From contig CM022671.1 in the NCBI GenBank assembly GCA_012295275.1, positions 9,858,001 to 9,922,000 on the forward strand: DNA of 64,000 nt, read 5' to 3'. This document shows, one piece after another, positions 24,234-38,982 of the stretch (position 1 is its first letter; every line of letters starts with the position of its first letter). Origin of the DNA: Chrysomallon squamiferum. Taxonomy: Eukaryota > Animalia > Mollusca. The translations under genes and the position numbers were made by a program. The notes under the pieces were generated by a model that was given only the letters and a program-made list of their open reading frames with translations, did not search any database and had not been told where the DNA came from.

Positions 24234-27200
24234 TATACACACCAACCATACACATACATACATACGTTCAAACGCATTCACAGGCATACAGTTGCACATA
24301 CATACATACAGAATACTTACATATACACATACACATATGTATAATGAACAAAATTGAGAATATTGACACGTAACATAGCATGTTAACAAAGATAATATAC
24401 AATATCCGCCTAAACAAAAACCAAGCAAATAAATCTCTCCTCAAGAAATACAAAAACAAAAAAGCAACAACAACAAAACACCGTATGAATTAAATTAAAA
24501 CAATTACTTCAAAAACCACAGTCATATGTCATACTTCACCGTTCGCTAACCAAACAGACAAAATAGATTATTTAGAAAAAAAACTAAAAAAAAAAAACGA
24601 TACACATAATGAAAACATCATTTAAATGAACCAGCTATCAGATATTCCAATAAGACCCACAAAACAGTAGTGATAAAGAGTTAATTTTCACTGAAACACC
24701 AAAAAACTTACCGTTATCATGCAGGATTTTTTTGGGTTTTTTTTGTTCTGGTTGTTGTTGTTTTTTTTTGTTTTCCTCTGAGGCCGCTCGAACAAAATTA
24801 TCCGAAATTATGAAAACAGGAACGATAACATTTTTCCTCTGGGTGTTGATAGCTTCTGTCAGAATGACAAATTAAGACAATATTCAGCAAAATGCGACCG
24901 TTCTTACAAGTGACTGTCTCTCTGTGTGTGCCGGGGGCTAAAACCACTATTTGTCGTTATGCTGGTTTAACGCAGATTGAAGAAGTCACTCGCTCGAACA
25001 GGTAGTTTAAATGGGTCAAGCACATCAGGCAAAATGAAACCGTATATTCCTGTACTGAGCGAATCCACGTAACGATCGTCAAACGACAGTAGGGTAAACC
25101 TGTAGTTCGTCTCCGGGTAACTATTCATTTACAGAAAGGTGCGCAACGTACACCGCATTCTTTAGGAAGGGTCGTGTACAGCTGGTCGGGGTGGGCACAG
25201 CCACATTTGAATGTGTTCTGATGCGTATAGAAAACACAGACGTACACATACAAACAAACTTCTGTTTAATTAGGCATCATATCCGAAATTGAATGTCAGC
25301 AATACTGGGTGGTATTGCTGCTGCTGCTGCTGTTGTTGTTGTTGTTGTTTAGCCGCAGCTATCAAAATATCACACATTAATGAATGTCACCCGCCTGTAG
25401 TTGTTCAACTGTTTATGAAAATCTGTTTTAATACTCAAACAAAATAAAACTATAAAGTTACATCCTCCATCGTATTACATTACATCCTACGCAACACACA
25501 ATAAAATAGTGAAAAGAGATATACTGTCATCTATGCTGAGAATGAGATATATATACATATATAAAAAATGAAAGTAAATAAACAAAAAACACTTAAATAG
25601 ATACCAACCAGTTCATATATAAAATACAAACGTAAATCAATTTGATATACACTTTTGGGGTCTGTGTGTGTGTTATACATATATATACTGTTCACACACA
25701 CAAAAACACCACATACATATATATATATAATTATACATACACATGCACTCAGATACGCATATATAGATGTATATAGAAGTATAATATAAGAAAAAGTACA
25801 TACATGTAACTGGTAAGAGTGACATAAATACAGTGAAAAAACAGCAAGTGCTCAGATATCTGTTACATATTAGATATAAAAAAATAATATAAAACGTACA
25901 GTAATTAAAGCAAAATAAGTTGTAATTATAAACATAATTTACTCTTCCAAAAATAGTTCTACTGACAATTTCTTTCAAGATATATCTTTAAAAATTCAAA
26001 TATTTATTTTGTTTGTTTGTTTATTTGTTTGTTTGTTTTAGCTACATTCACCAACACCCAAGTTTTTATTTCCGATGTTTAGCGAAGTATTACGAAGGTG
26101 TCACGAACTCCTAACCCTAAAGTAAATTTGGCAGACGGACAATGACATCATTTAGTTGAAATGTCGGGCAGGTGTTGCGTTTATTTTCTAAACAGTGAAC
26201 GTACCTGACATAATTGTTTCACAAACACCTCCATGATTCTATCAAATTTTAAATTTGACAAATATTTATTCAACAATTTCGTAAACAGTAGCCGAAAGTG
26301 TTCGACATTTTATATTCCGCGAAATAAGGTCACTAACGGAATTGAACGAGTTTATGTTTACTGAATGATTTTATTTAGCAGTATTATTAGACATGATATT
26401 TGTGATTTGACATTTTTATGTTTGTTTGTTTGTTTGAACTGGGTTTGTGTTCAGCATAGGCATGCATAAATAATTTTATGAAGGAAAAGTGCCCAAAATA
26501 GCCTTGATCTGCTGTCCTAGGTTTGTTCTAATTAATAAATATTGGTAAGAAATATAATAATTATTTAGTATAATACTATTATCACATTTCTGAAACATAA
26601 TTTATTATAAACGTTGTTTTTAGAATCAGATAGATAGCCCAAGCTATTTTGATGCAATTACTGGAACGCTTGTCTGCGTTTTGATTATTTTATTGATAAA
26701 CTTTAATATTTAGTAGTAGTGATACTACTAGTAACAGCAACAGTACCAATAGCTGTAATAATCAAAATAGTAAAAGACGTAGAAGCAGTACCAGCATAGT
26801 AGCAGGAATAACAGTAGCATTACTATCACTAGTAGTAGTTGTTGTTTTTGTTACAGTGCTAGCAGTGGCTGTTGTAATTGTTGTAGCAGTAGTTTTAACA
26901 TCAGTAGTACTTGTTCTTGCTGTTGCTGCTGTAATGATAATAGCGGTAGTAATAGTAAGGAGGGGCAAGGATCCCAGTCAGAGATTAGAAGCATAATATA
27001 TTTTTTTCTCCGGTAAACGATTAAGTTTCGTTCGTCTTGGAAACTATATAAAGGTGCATATGTCCAGACAGGTAAATACACATACACTGTGGTTAAAGGT
27101 GTGAGATCCAAGCTTGACACTGCGTGTTATTATCAATAACCGACTGTCTAAATTTAGACCCATTCAAAAGCAAACACTACATCCTGATATTAATACAGTG

Positions 27201-27379
27201 CGCACAATACAGGGTGCGGCTTCAGTACTGATTCAAGTAATTTAATACTTGCAGACGGCGATGTGTAACCAATAAAAATATTCAGACTGTGTTGAAAAGA
27301 TGATAATAAAAATATTTATATTTTAACATAATGATATAGAATATACAATTTAATTTTATTTTGAATGACACAAATACAG

Positions 27380-27475
<96 letters not shown>

Positions 27476-28700
27476 ATTAATATTCAATATTAGTTGAATT
27501 ATTTATGTTTAAAGAATCTGCAAATATACGAATGAAACTAAGAATTATACACATATGATCAAATTATGTAAACGACAATGAAAACAAAATACAGAGTAAT
27601 AAGCCATCTCGTAACAATATTGCTAAAGGCTTTATTACAAACAGTTAACACTATCCGTAACACGAACTAAAACAGGTCAATGGAAACTGCTGATCATAAA
27701 ACATAGAACGCCAAATTGTCACATAATATTTACACGAGTGTCTTAAATAAGTACTGCCCTAGAAAAAGTCATCAGCAGATCGTTAAAAACATTTCAGTTT
27801 CATTTTCACGCTTTCAAATTTTAAACAGTCATATATTATCTTTTTGTGTGCTTTTCTTTAGCTATAAAAGTGACCTTCGTCTTCTGAATGTTTTTAAAAC
27901 AGGCATCGACGAGACATTTAAAATAAATGATTACCATCTGACTGATGCAAGCGTCTTTTTGAATTTTTTAAAGACAGAATATCACGTATTAAATATTATA
28001 CCTCTCTCTCTGAATGCCTGAATTTAGGAATGAATATTATGTTACTTTAGATCACATTTCAGAACGCAATGGCGCCGCAGTACAAAGTTCTCACAAATGA
28101 CAAGTGGCTTTGATGAGAATCAAACTTATGAAAACCAGCCGATATAAGTATGCTGTATGTATGTATGTGTGTGCGTGTATGTATGTATGTATGTATGTAT
28201 GAAACTGTGTATGTATGCATCTGCCTGTTTGTCTGTTTGTGGGTGTACGTGTTAAATATTTCAGTGTTCTCAGCATTGATATTTAGCCATGGCATTCATT
28301 AAAAATACCGGTGTCATTCAAAAATGTAGCGATGTATTAAAAAGAACGATACAAACATTACCCACGATTATCTGCCGTGCAGAAATTTTTTCTTCAAGAT
28401 ATGCGGACACTTTGAGGCTGTTTACGATATCTCTCGAGTTTGTTACATAAATCTTAACTCAGACAGGAACACTTAATTTATAGTTGTCTGTGTAATAACA
28501 TGTAGCTGGATGTATATATGTTTGAATTTATGTGTATGTATGGATCTATATACATATGTATTTATGTATGTCAGTATGTAAGTGTGTTAATATGTATGTA
28601 TATATCTGTGTATATCAATTACATACCCATGCATTTAAGAATGTCCAAATATAAGTTGGCAGACAGGAATATAATGTATTAACCACCGACAGAGCGCGAC

Positions 28701-28783
<83 letters not shown>

Positions 28784-30099
28784 TGTCCATCTAGATAGAT
28801 AGACAGATAGACAGATAGACAGATATAGATACAGATACAGCTACACATAGAGATCTGTGTGCTTTATATGTACAAAATAGCTTAGCGTTGTACTCTTCAA
28901 CCCTTTCCCTAGCAATTGGCCTATTATTAAAAAATTGGCGAAGGTCAATGGAAGAAAACAAAATCGCGCCTAAATCAGTCAAACATTTGGAAACAAGATT
29001 TGTCCGTGTTTCTGTTTCTGCGTGCGGTGATCTATGGCTTCTTTCAGCAGTGAGAACACTGCACTAACCGCGAGTAACTCGGTGCGCGTGACACGGAGCA
29101 AATGCCGACATTGTGTCAATATTTCGGAGCAGGTGTCGGTACACTGAGAAAATAAAATTCAATTTCTCCAAGTTCGTGTTTGCAAATAAATTTTAGTCGG
29201 TCACAAAAAAAAAAAAAAATAAAATAAAATAAAATAAAATCAAATCAAATCAAATAAAAAAATAAAGAAAAAAGAGTATAAAGATTGAAAATTTATTTAA
29301 GAAAGAAAAAAATGATAGAATGACTAAATATAGAGATGATCTGATGGACGGATGGACAAATGGAGAGACACCGAGTTAGAATAAAATAAATAATAAATAA
29401 AAGAAAGAATAAAAGGTAAAAGTAAAAAATAGTGAAAGACAAAACAGAAAGTAAAGTAAAAAGAAGCCGTGAAGCAGATTTGAAGAATTATTAAAATAAA
29501 GAAAAGATTGTTACCGAACGTAATTACAGGTCTAAACTAGACATTGTTTATTTTCTTTAATGAGACCTTTTAACCTAAAATCTTGTACAAAAAATAAACA
29601 TAAAATAAATAGAATATAATTAAGAGTAGGTATGCTTCGAACTTTACGACCACGTTTTTATAGTAACAATTATATATATCCTCAAAGTCTGTACGCCATC
29701 TATGATAATAAAACAAAAGTTTATTTAAAGAACTAATAGAACTTTCCGTTTCCAGTGTTGGTCAAATTAAAACCAAAAATGTTCACAAATGAAGCCTTAA
29801 TGGAAAAAAAGCAAATTAAATATCTGAATCCGATACAAATTAATTACACTGACTTCTATTTAGATATACTAAAAAGCTATGAAATATATACTTATTTAGG
29901 ATTGTCCCCGTCAACTTATTGAAAACCATTCCTAAAATAACACAGCCACTGCAAATTTACATTCATTATTTTGTATATGTGTGTATGTGTGAGTGAGTAG
30001 GGATGGGCACGGGTGTGTGTGTGTGTGTGTGTGTGTGTTGCGCTCAGTAATATCGACAGCCTGAAATTTTAAAAATAATATAACTCACGATAACGATGT

Positions 30100-30131
<32 letters not shown>

Positions 30132-31719
30132 AATATATATATGGTATTAAAAAAAAACATAATGTATGAGGTTTTAAGAAGGCACTACCATGAACACTGA
30201 TTGTACTGATCTACACGACATGGTTCTGATTTTAATCTATGGATGTTCTCAGTCATCACTAATTGTCTGCATACACTTATATATATTACGTATGTATATG
30301 TTAGTGTGTGTGATAGATAGATAGAGAGATAGACGGACAGACAGACAGGCAGATAGATAGATAGATTGATAGATACAGATATAGATATATAGATATGCCT
30401 ACTGTTGCTTTTTTCTATTAAATCTTTCTATTAAATATTGTTGACAGTTAAGGTCAAGGGAACTGTGTTTCAGCAGTAACTGAATAAAAACACGAAAGTA
30501 ATTTGAAAATCAAACCAACACCATTGTGTGGAGTTCTTTCATGACTGGTTCTAAACTGTCGTCTATCGTAGTCTGTTCAAACATAGATCTCTGCAGTTGT
30601 CTTTTCTGTTAATCAGTATAGAAGCCACCAGTTATAACGGATTTCTTAAAGAACTTGTTGGAAACTGGGAAGTGTGTTGACGCTAACAAGATGTTTGTTT
30701 TGTTGCGTTTTTCTTCAAAAACTGAATCAGTATCTATCTATCTATCTATCTATCTGTATATATATATATATATTCTTGATATCTTGCCTAGATATGAATA
30801 ATGTCTTCGAACTGTAATTTAGCACAAGAAAAATGTTGAAGCCGGGCAAAATGAAAGAAGATGCAAGGGAAATAACTCTGACAGATTAAGACAAAACTTA
30901 CTTGACCAAGTGGATAAGATCTAAGACCGAATAACGAAATGAGCGAATGCTGTGCTAGTTTTTTAACTGTATATGGTAAGCTGGTGTAAGTATTTACTGT
31001 ATAACTGACTGAAAGTAAATATTTAAAAGGATATTTTCTATGGCTATCTTTCCTATTAAAACATATTTTTAATATCTGCAATATTTTACCACCTAAGATT
31101 TATAGTCATATTATAGTAACAACAACAACGACAACAATAACAACAACAACAGCAGCAGCAACAACAACAACAACAACAAAAAAACCCATCAAAACAATAA
31201 TAAGGGTCATCTATGTATACAGAGTAAATAAATACGTTAATAAAGGAGAAGAAGAGAGTTGATTATTCATTCTGCTCCCTTCTTGGCTATGGTTTTAATT
31301 GTATAATTATCACAAAGTACAAATCCTTTTACAGGTATGAGTACGAAAGAGCCACTGTTGAAAACAAGCACGTCTAACACACGCGTTTTTCATCTCAGAT
31401 TTTAACACTGTGATGCGAAAAGTCGCTGTTGATATTGTCTGAAAGATTCAACAGATGAACACACTGAGAGGTTTTTCTTTCTCTTTATCAGATCAGTCTG
31501 AGATAGATAATTTTAACAGTACTCCCGTATAACTGTACAAAAGTACGGGAGACCGTTAGTGCCACAGGTTAATACAAACTATTTATTTTCATTACTTTTT
31601 TTTATCTGGCGACATTTACAACTATTTTAGTAACCATGTTGTTTTCTAGTGTGTTACAATCTGTATATGTATAATTATGTAGTATGCTATATCTATCTGT
31701 CTATCTATCTATCTATCTA

Positions 31720-31884
<165 letters not shown>

Positions 31885-32719
31885 ACATATATATATGTAC
31901 GTGTTATTCCAGTATATTAAAATCTCTGTATATGTATTATAATCTGCTTATATACGTGATCTTATCTAGTATGTTGTATACGTGTTATTCTCTGCTGTCT
32001 TATAATCTGCATGTATACGTCTTATTCTCTAATATAATATAATTACACTGGTTTTATTCTGAGTCCTGCTTCGATCAAATGAGAAAGAGAGTAGAAAAAT
32101 ATTTACTCGCGGTCTAAGGTGACAGGTCAGCGCGTACCTAATTAACAAACATGTTATGTTACAAATAGTTTTCTGTCGTCAGACAATGAACAGACTGTCA
32201 GAAAAAGATAGGGAAAAAATAACATGTTAGTTGAAGACACGGCCACCTAAAGCGATGATAATCCAATTGTTGTTTTAAAATAATCGACAGATTTGTGGGC
32301 TTATTTTCTTCTCAAACTGTTTCGGTTAACTGCTGGTTTACAACTTAGTGGCTTGATTTCCTGGTTCAGTGTAAAACGGCAGGTGATAATACGTGGGTAA
32401 TAAATAAAGTAATTTTCTCTTTATTTTTTACAGTGTATTTTACTGCTAGAGGTTTATTATGATTCTAGTGATTACATTAACACATTTCTGTGAATAGGGA
32501 ATGACTGATGATCATATATATCCTCTCTGTGCTTGTATGTTCTTTCGTTTTTTTTTCGTTTTCTATTTTGTTTCCTTGGAGGAAATGTAAGCAAATAAAG
32601 TTGTCTAGGTAAGCAATGGGATGTCTACTTATCGACACACAACGCTCAGGAATGTGGTGTCCTGTCACCTGTGGTAAACCGCTAATCTCAAACGCAGTTT
32701 ATTATTCTTTCTGTAGAAC

Positions 32720-33015
32720 ATATTTCATTCACTGGATCTCGTAATATATTAAAACCGATCTTATTTACTAGATCACATATTTTACTTAGCAAAACACCCC
32801 CGTCATGTATCCTAGTAGACGATCCATAATTTTCACGAGAAAACAGATCTCATTCACCAAAGTCAGTATTTCATTAGTACAACACCTGTCACATTCACTA
32901 GATCATTTAATTAACAGAACATTTATCATATTTACCAGAACACATATTTTATTCACGAGAATACAAGTATCATTTACTACATCACATGTTTCACTTAACA
33001 GAACACATATCATAC
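32720..33015. repeat. Old degenerate tandem repeat of about 21 bp
   Basis: Recurring ATTTACCAGAACACATATC / ATTCACGAGAATACAAGT-like units. A 7-aa periodicity (IIFTRTH/ILFTRIQ/VSFTTSH/VSLNRTH) is visible in ORF 32805-33119. Confidence 0.6.
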
Positions 33016-33121
33016 TGAATAATTATTACTTGTTGTTTTGTTTATTATTGTTCTTATTGGATTTGGGGTGGCTCTGTTATTTTTTTTGTATCTACTGTAA
33101 ATATTATGGAATATTGTAATG

Positions 33122-33256
33122 ATGTATGTATGTATGTATGTATGTATGTATGTATGTATGTATGTATGTATGTATGTATGTATGTATGTATGTATGTATG
33201 TATGTATGTATGTTTGTATGTATGCATGTATGCATGTATGCATGTATGTATGTATG
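33122..33256. repeat. (TATG)n microsatellite
   Basis: Directly visible. Confidence 0.97.
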
Positions 33257-34043
33257 AATGTATGTCAGTTACTTTTTTAAATTTTAAATTTCCATCTAAC
33301 ATAAATCTCAGAGCCAGTGTGATTAAGCTGGCAAAGTCAAACCAGTGAATGAACTGATTATTTAACTTGAACACCCCGCTGCTTTCATACGGTACATAAT
33401 TCAAATAATAACAGGCTTAACCCGAAGTTATCGGACTGAGTAAACTTTATAGGCTTCTTCGAACAGTTCATGTTGCACATAACCTTAGCCGCCTATACCG
33501 TTCCCAGAACAAAAATGCACAGTAAACAGAAATATACATTTTTTGACAGTTTAATAAAAACTTATTTTGCACATATTTCCACTTCAACTTAATAAACACA
33601 GATTTAGCATATATTTGAAATGCACTCTAATTCTGAATACGAAGATGGTTATCTTATCGTTCAGTACGTATTGTTGTGTCTAAAATCTTTTCTGATTTTA
33701 ATTTTAATTTTTTTTCTTAATTTATTATTATTTTATTTTTATTTTACAGTCGTCGAAATAAAATCAAACGATTTCAATACAGGCTGTTTGATAACAGTAA
33801 TATTAAAGTGTTTGTTAGAAACATTATTAACGTTTATTTACCTGTATTGTATATTACTAAAGCATGATTGTCATTAACACTGCCATGAAAGAATATTTAC
33901 ACACGTTTTGAAAAACAAACTGAACGTATATGTGCATATATTATTTGAAAAAAATGTATCTACGTAATTTTAGAACAACTTATGCCTTCTTCGGTGCAGT
34001 TATAAATGTATATTAAATTTTACAGTTTTCTTGACACACATAA

Positions 34044-34134
<91 letters not shown>

Positions 34135-35133
34135 GAATGTTTTGCACTGTTTTGGTCATCATAAGACAATGGTTAATCACTATAAGTCAGTGCATATAAC
34201 TCAGTTTTAAAAGTTCTTTTACAGTTGAGCTCTTCATATATACGTGTGTTTTAGATATAATTTATGATGTATGCTGTTCTGTATATGTATGAATGTAGGC
34301 ATGTGTGGGGGTGTTCATATATATCCGGTGTATGTATTTAAGCTTTGTAAAAAAAACCCCACATATTATTACGTATTACACCTTAGGTATTTTATTTACC
34401 TACATTCATACGGATGGATGGACTATGTTCACATATATTTAACATTAAGATGAATACTAGAACAGAATTCACAAACAGCGAATTAACAACGAAAAGCTAA
34501 CAACATAATTCAAAGGAAATGAGCAGTATTAACAAACACAATTCAGTTATCAGGGTTGTATGTTCTAAAATTACTCTCAAGTTATTTTCGAGCTGAGACT
34601 ATCTGAAAAACCATTCTTATAGCTGAACTTACCAAAGACCGACAGAAGTTTCCAATTCCCATCAATAAATAATTCCATTCGAAAACCAGACATAGCGTAT
34701 TTTGGTAACAATAGAATGGCTTCAACGAAAACTCGCGAAACGGTTAATAATGAAACCAAATAAATATCACATTTCAACTTCAAATCTGGAATCGTTTCTG
34801 ATGTGCAAGGAAAGTCTGACCAAATGGACCATGGCCGCTGCAAATGACCCCCGAATGCAAAACAAAAACAAATCCGCACTCGCCATTAAAATCTGGGATT
34901 AAAGCTTTATTCCTTATGTTTCAGCGTTTGGGAAAATAGAATGGGGCTCTGCAGAATATATTTGGACGTTTTAAGTAACAATATTTGCCATCGTTTGTAC
35001 GCTGTCTTTTTCCTGTTGTGTAAGATTGTTCTGCTCGGTGACAGCTGTCATGGGCACTTGCAGGTCAATATTTCCATAAGGAGTAAGGGGGCAAATTGTA
35101 GTTTTCTTCTTGTGTCGACTGATCAAGCTAAAT

Positions 35134-35291
<158 letters not shown>

Positions 35292-35956
35292 TTTTATATT
35301 TTTACATACTGTTATTGCTGCTGATATATATAAGCAAGCATGGCACACTTTTAACATTAGTTTTTACATGGAACAGAGCCAAATAAAATTTTACTTCAAT
35401 GTGGCTCTTCAAAGGTAGATATAAATTACAATGCAAACACTAGCTGATTAAACGTGTTTGTGTAAGATATGTGTATAAGTATGTATGTATGTTATATGTA
35501 TGAGCATGTATGTATATACTATTATATATGTATCGATGGACGGACGGAAGGATGGATGAATGGATGTATGCATGCTTGCAGGAATGTATATATACATGTA
35601 CACTAGCATGTGTTGATGTATGGATGAATTCATACATGCGTGCAAGTCTGAATATTTATTTGAGTATGTGTACGAGTATCCCGTGTGTACATCTATATAA
35701 TTATATAGTATACAATGTACGTATAGATAATTAATATTACAGTCACTGGCTTGTCTATGGTTCTGATATCGATATTGTTAATTTGGACAAATATGGGTAT
35801 ATTTATTATTTGAATGTGAAATGTTTGGCGCCGTATGATCTCGATACATTGTTTCAATCTTGTGTTTCAATCTTTGAAATATGTTTTCATACAGTAAACA
35901 TACAAAAAGTGTGGATCAACAGAAAACTGAGAGCTGAAGCATATGTGGATATAATA

Positions 35957-36032
<76 letters not shown>

Positions 36033-38228
36033 ATTTAATTACTCATACCTCTTGAAATTGACTGCCCCATGGCCAAGTTTGGCTGAAACTTTTACAACAA
36101 TAGCAAATACATCCACGTCAACGCACGTTCGTCCTGTGCAAAATCGTTTGTAAAAAGACTGTACCAGGAAAACAAATTAACAACAGAGTATTAAACATGC
36201 CGTTCCTCTTTAACACATGGGGCGAATTGGATAATGAGAATTAAAAAAAAAAAATAATAATAATAATTACACTTTAATCCAGATCGCCTTCTAGCTCGCT
36301 ATTCTGTCAAATGGACTGAGGCTGTAGGAGATATCATTCGAAACACACAACTACATAATTTGCAAATCTGTATGCAAATGAGGCCACGGTAAACTCTGTG
36401 CAGTCATTGTGTATGTGTAGGTAGTAAACGTACTCCGCCCTCGGAAGCGAATTTGTCAGCCGTTTTTCCGAGTGGGGTAACCGATCTCCGTTAGTTAATT
36501 ACGCACCAAATGACTGGCAATTGCCACGAAGAATAGATATTGATACCAAGCTATTGGCAACGACCTCAGTCGAAAATCCCTTCTGAAAGGTCAATAGCTT
36601 GAATATATATTTATTTATTTTGTTTGCTTATTTATGTGTTTGTTTGCTATTATTATTATGATAATCTTCATCATTATCATCATCATCATCATCGTCATCA
36701 TCAATCATCAATCATTATTATTATTATTATTATTATTAACAGTAGCAGAAATAGTGGTGGTAGTGGAACCAGTTACAATAGCTAGGGTATGCCTGATAGT
36801 AGTGGTGGTGATAGTATTAGATGTAGAAATAACGGTTATCGTAATAAATGAATTAGCAGAAGTAGAAATTACAGTTTACAGCAGTGGTATCAGTAGCAAG
36901 AGATACGACGCAGTACAAATAGTGATGGTGAAGGAAAAGGCAGGATCAGATTGTTTTAGTGTTATTGATACTTGTAGTGATTATTGTAGAAGTAGCGGTA
37001 GCTGCAGCAAAAGATATTTTAAGATAGTAATTATTGTAGTAATATCTAGTAACAGAAGCAGAAGAATGGGGGAATGCATGGAAAGCAGTTTATTAAATTA
37101 GTTTATTAAATTGCGAGGGTTTTTTAAACAAAATTTTCGCATTTTTGGATTTGGTTTTTATTTACTTATTTAGTTTATTATTTAATTTCTAATTTAGAAG
37201 GTTTAGTTAATCAATATTGATCAGTTTATGGTTTTATTTTATTTATTTTTCATTAGAAGGTAATTGAAATGTCTCTTCTGGACACAACCGAGAAGCATGT
37301 GTTTAAAAAGAAAGAAGAAGTGTACATACTTTTATTACATTATCATCACCTTCTTCATTACCTGTTCAAAACCAACTTCCCAATGAAAAAGTCCTCACAC
37401 AAGATATTAACATTTTTCTTCGTCTCCGATTTATTTATTTATTATTTTTTTTTTTTTTTTTTTTTGCTTTTGTTTTCGTCTACTCAAAAATTTACCTCAC
37501 GGATCTTGATTGCGACATCAATAAAACAAAACCCACGACAAACAGTGCAGTGTAAATTTACCTGGGATCAGAATTAAATCTTGAACAAACAACTTCCAGT
37601 TCATGAGCTTTCAGGTGACGGGATTAGCGCCTGAATGAACCGAACTCCACCAAACTCAATCTGGATTCAGTGTTACGCCCAAAGGCGTTAAGTATTGTAA
37701 TTCTGCTTACGTCACCCTGTTAGTGATGAGAATGGTGGATGTTTATCTGTCATGTTACAGGGTGAGGCGGTGACGCAATGGATAGCTTGCAGATGGTGAT
37801 TCGAAAAGTATAAGGATCGATCTTCTTCTGCTTTTGTTTATATGCGTCACTGTATGTATGTATGCACGTATGTGTGCACTGAATTATATAATTATGTACG
37901 TATGTATGTTTGTATGTAAGTAGATATGTGAATGTGTGTATGTGTGTTTTTATGTGTTCTATATATTTAATAAATACTTGTAAATGCATTTACAATATAT
38001 ATATATATATGCAACCAGTAATGTATATATTTTTTCCTTACATTATTATTATTATTATTATTATTATTATAGAGATCTGTGTGTGACTGTGTGTGTATTT
38101 TGGTATTATTCCAAAATATATCTCTTCTCACAGCTACACATAATTAAAAGAAGAAATCAAAGCGTGGATATCAGTAAAGGATTTTCTTGTATTACACATT
38201 ATTTAGTTTCATATACTGTCTAACCTAT

Positions 38229-38259
<31 letters not shown>

Positions 38260-38887
38260 TAAACTCAATAAAGGACAATATAGAAAAAACATAAAAAAAA
38301 CCCCCAACTACACAATAGTGTCGAAAATATCTACGACATCTCTTAAGGAATCAAGCACAAGTTATTGTCATATGGAGTTAAAACAGATAATAAAACGTAT
38401 TGTGGAAGAAACCTGAAGGTTATAAACAGCAGGTATGGCTGTATTTAGTTTCATATGCCTAATGACAGTTATAGAAATCTTCAAAAGGAAAAACCCTATA
38501 GAAAGATAAAACCAAATACCAGATATTTAGTGAGATAACACTCTGTAAATCATAAATTACACATATTTTTCAAAGAAAACGTTATCGCTTAGAAGAACTC
38601 CTGACAAGGCAGATAATAAATACTGGAAATCACACATACCAAATAAAGTGATGACAACGCTGTAATCTTGTTTAGCTGTTTGTACTAGGTGCATTATATA
38701 TAAGTAACACTGTCACCAGTGAATCAGTCATGCAGATCAGAAAATAGTTATTTTGTTTTACTACAAGTACCAAATCAGTCTTTCTCTCTCACTCTTTTAC
38801 TGTGTCTATCTGTCCAACTCTTTGTCTGTTTCACTCTGTTTTTATATGCCACTTCATTTCTTTTTCTCCATATCTCATTGCATCATT

Positions 38888-38982
<95 letters not shown>

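Noticed and set aside
36357-36385. Octamer ATGCAAAT as a snRNA distal element
   Set aside because: No snRNA sequence recognised nearby, and a single 8-mer is expected by chance in AT-rich DNA.
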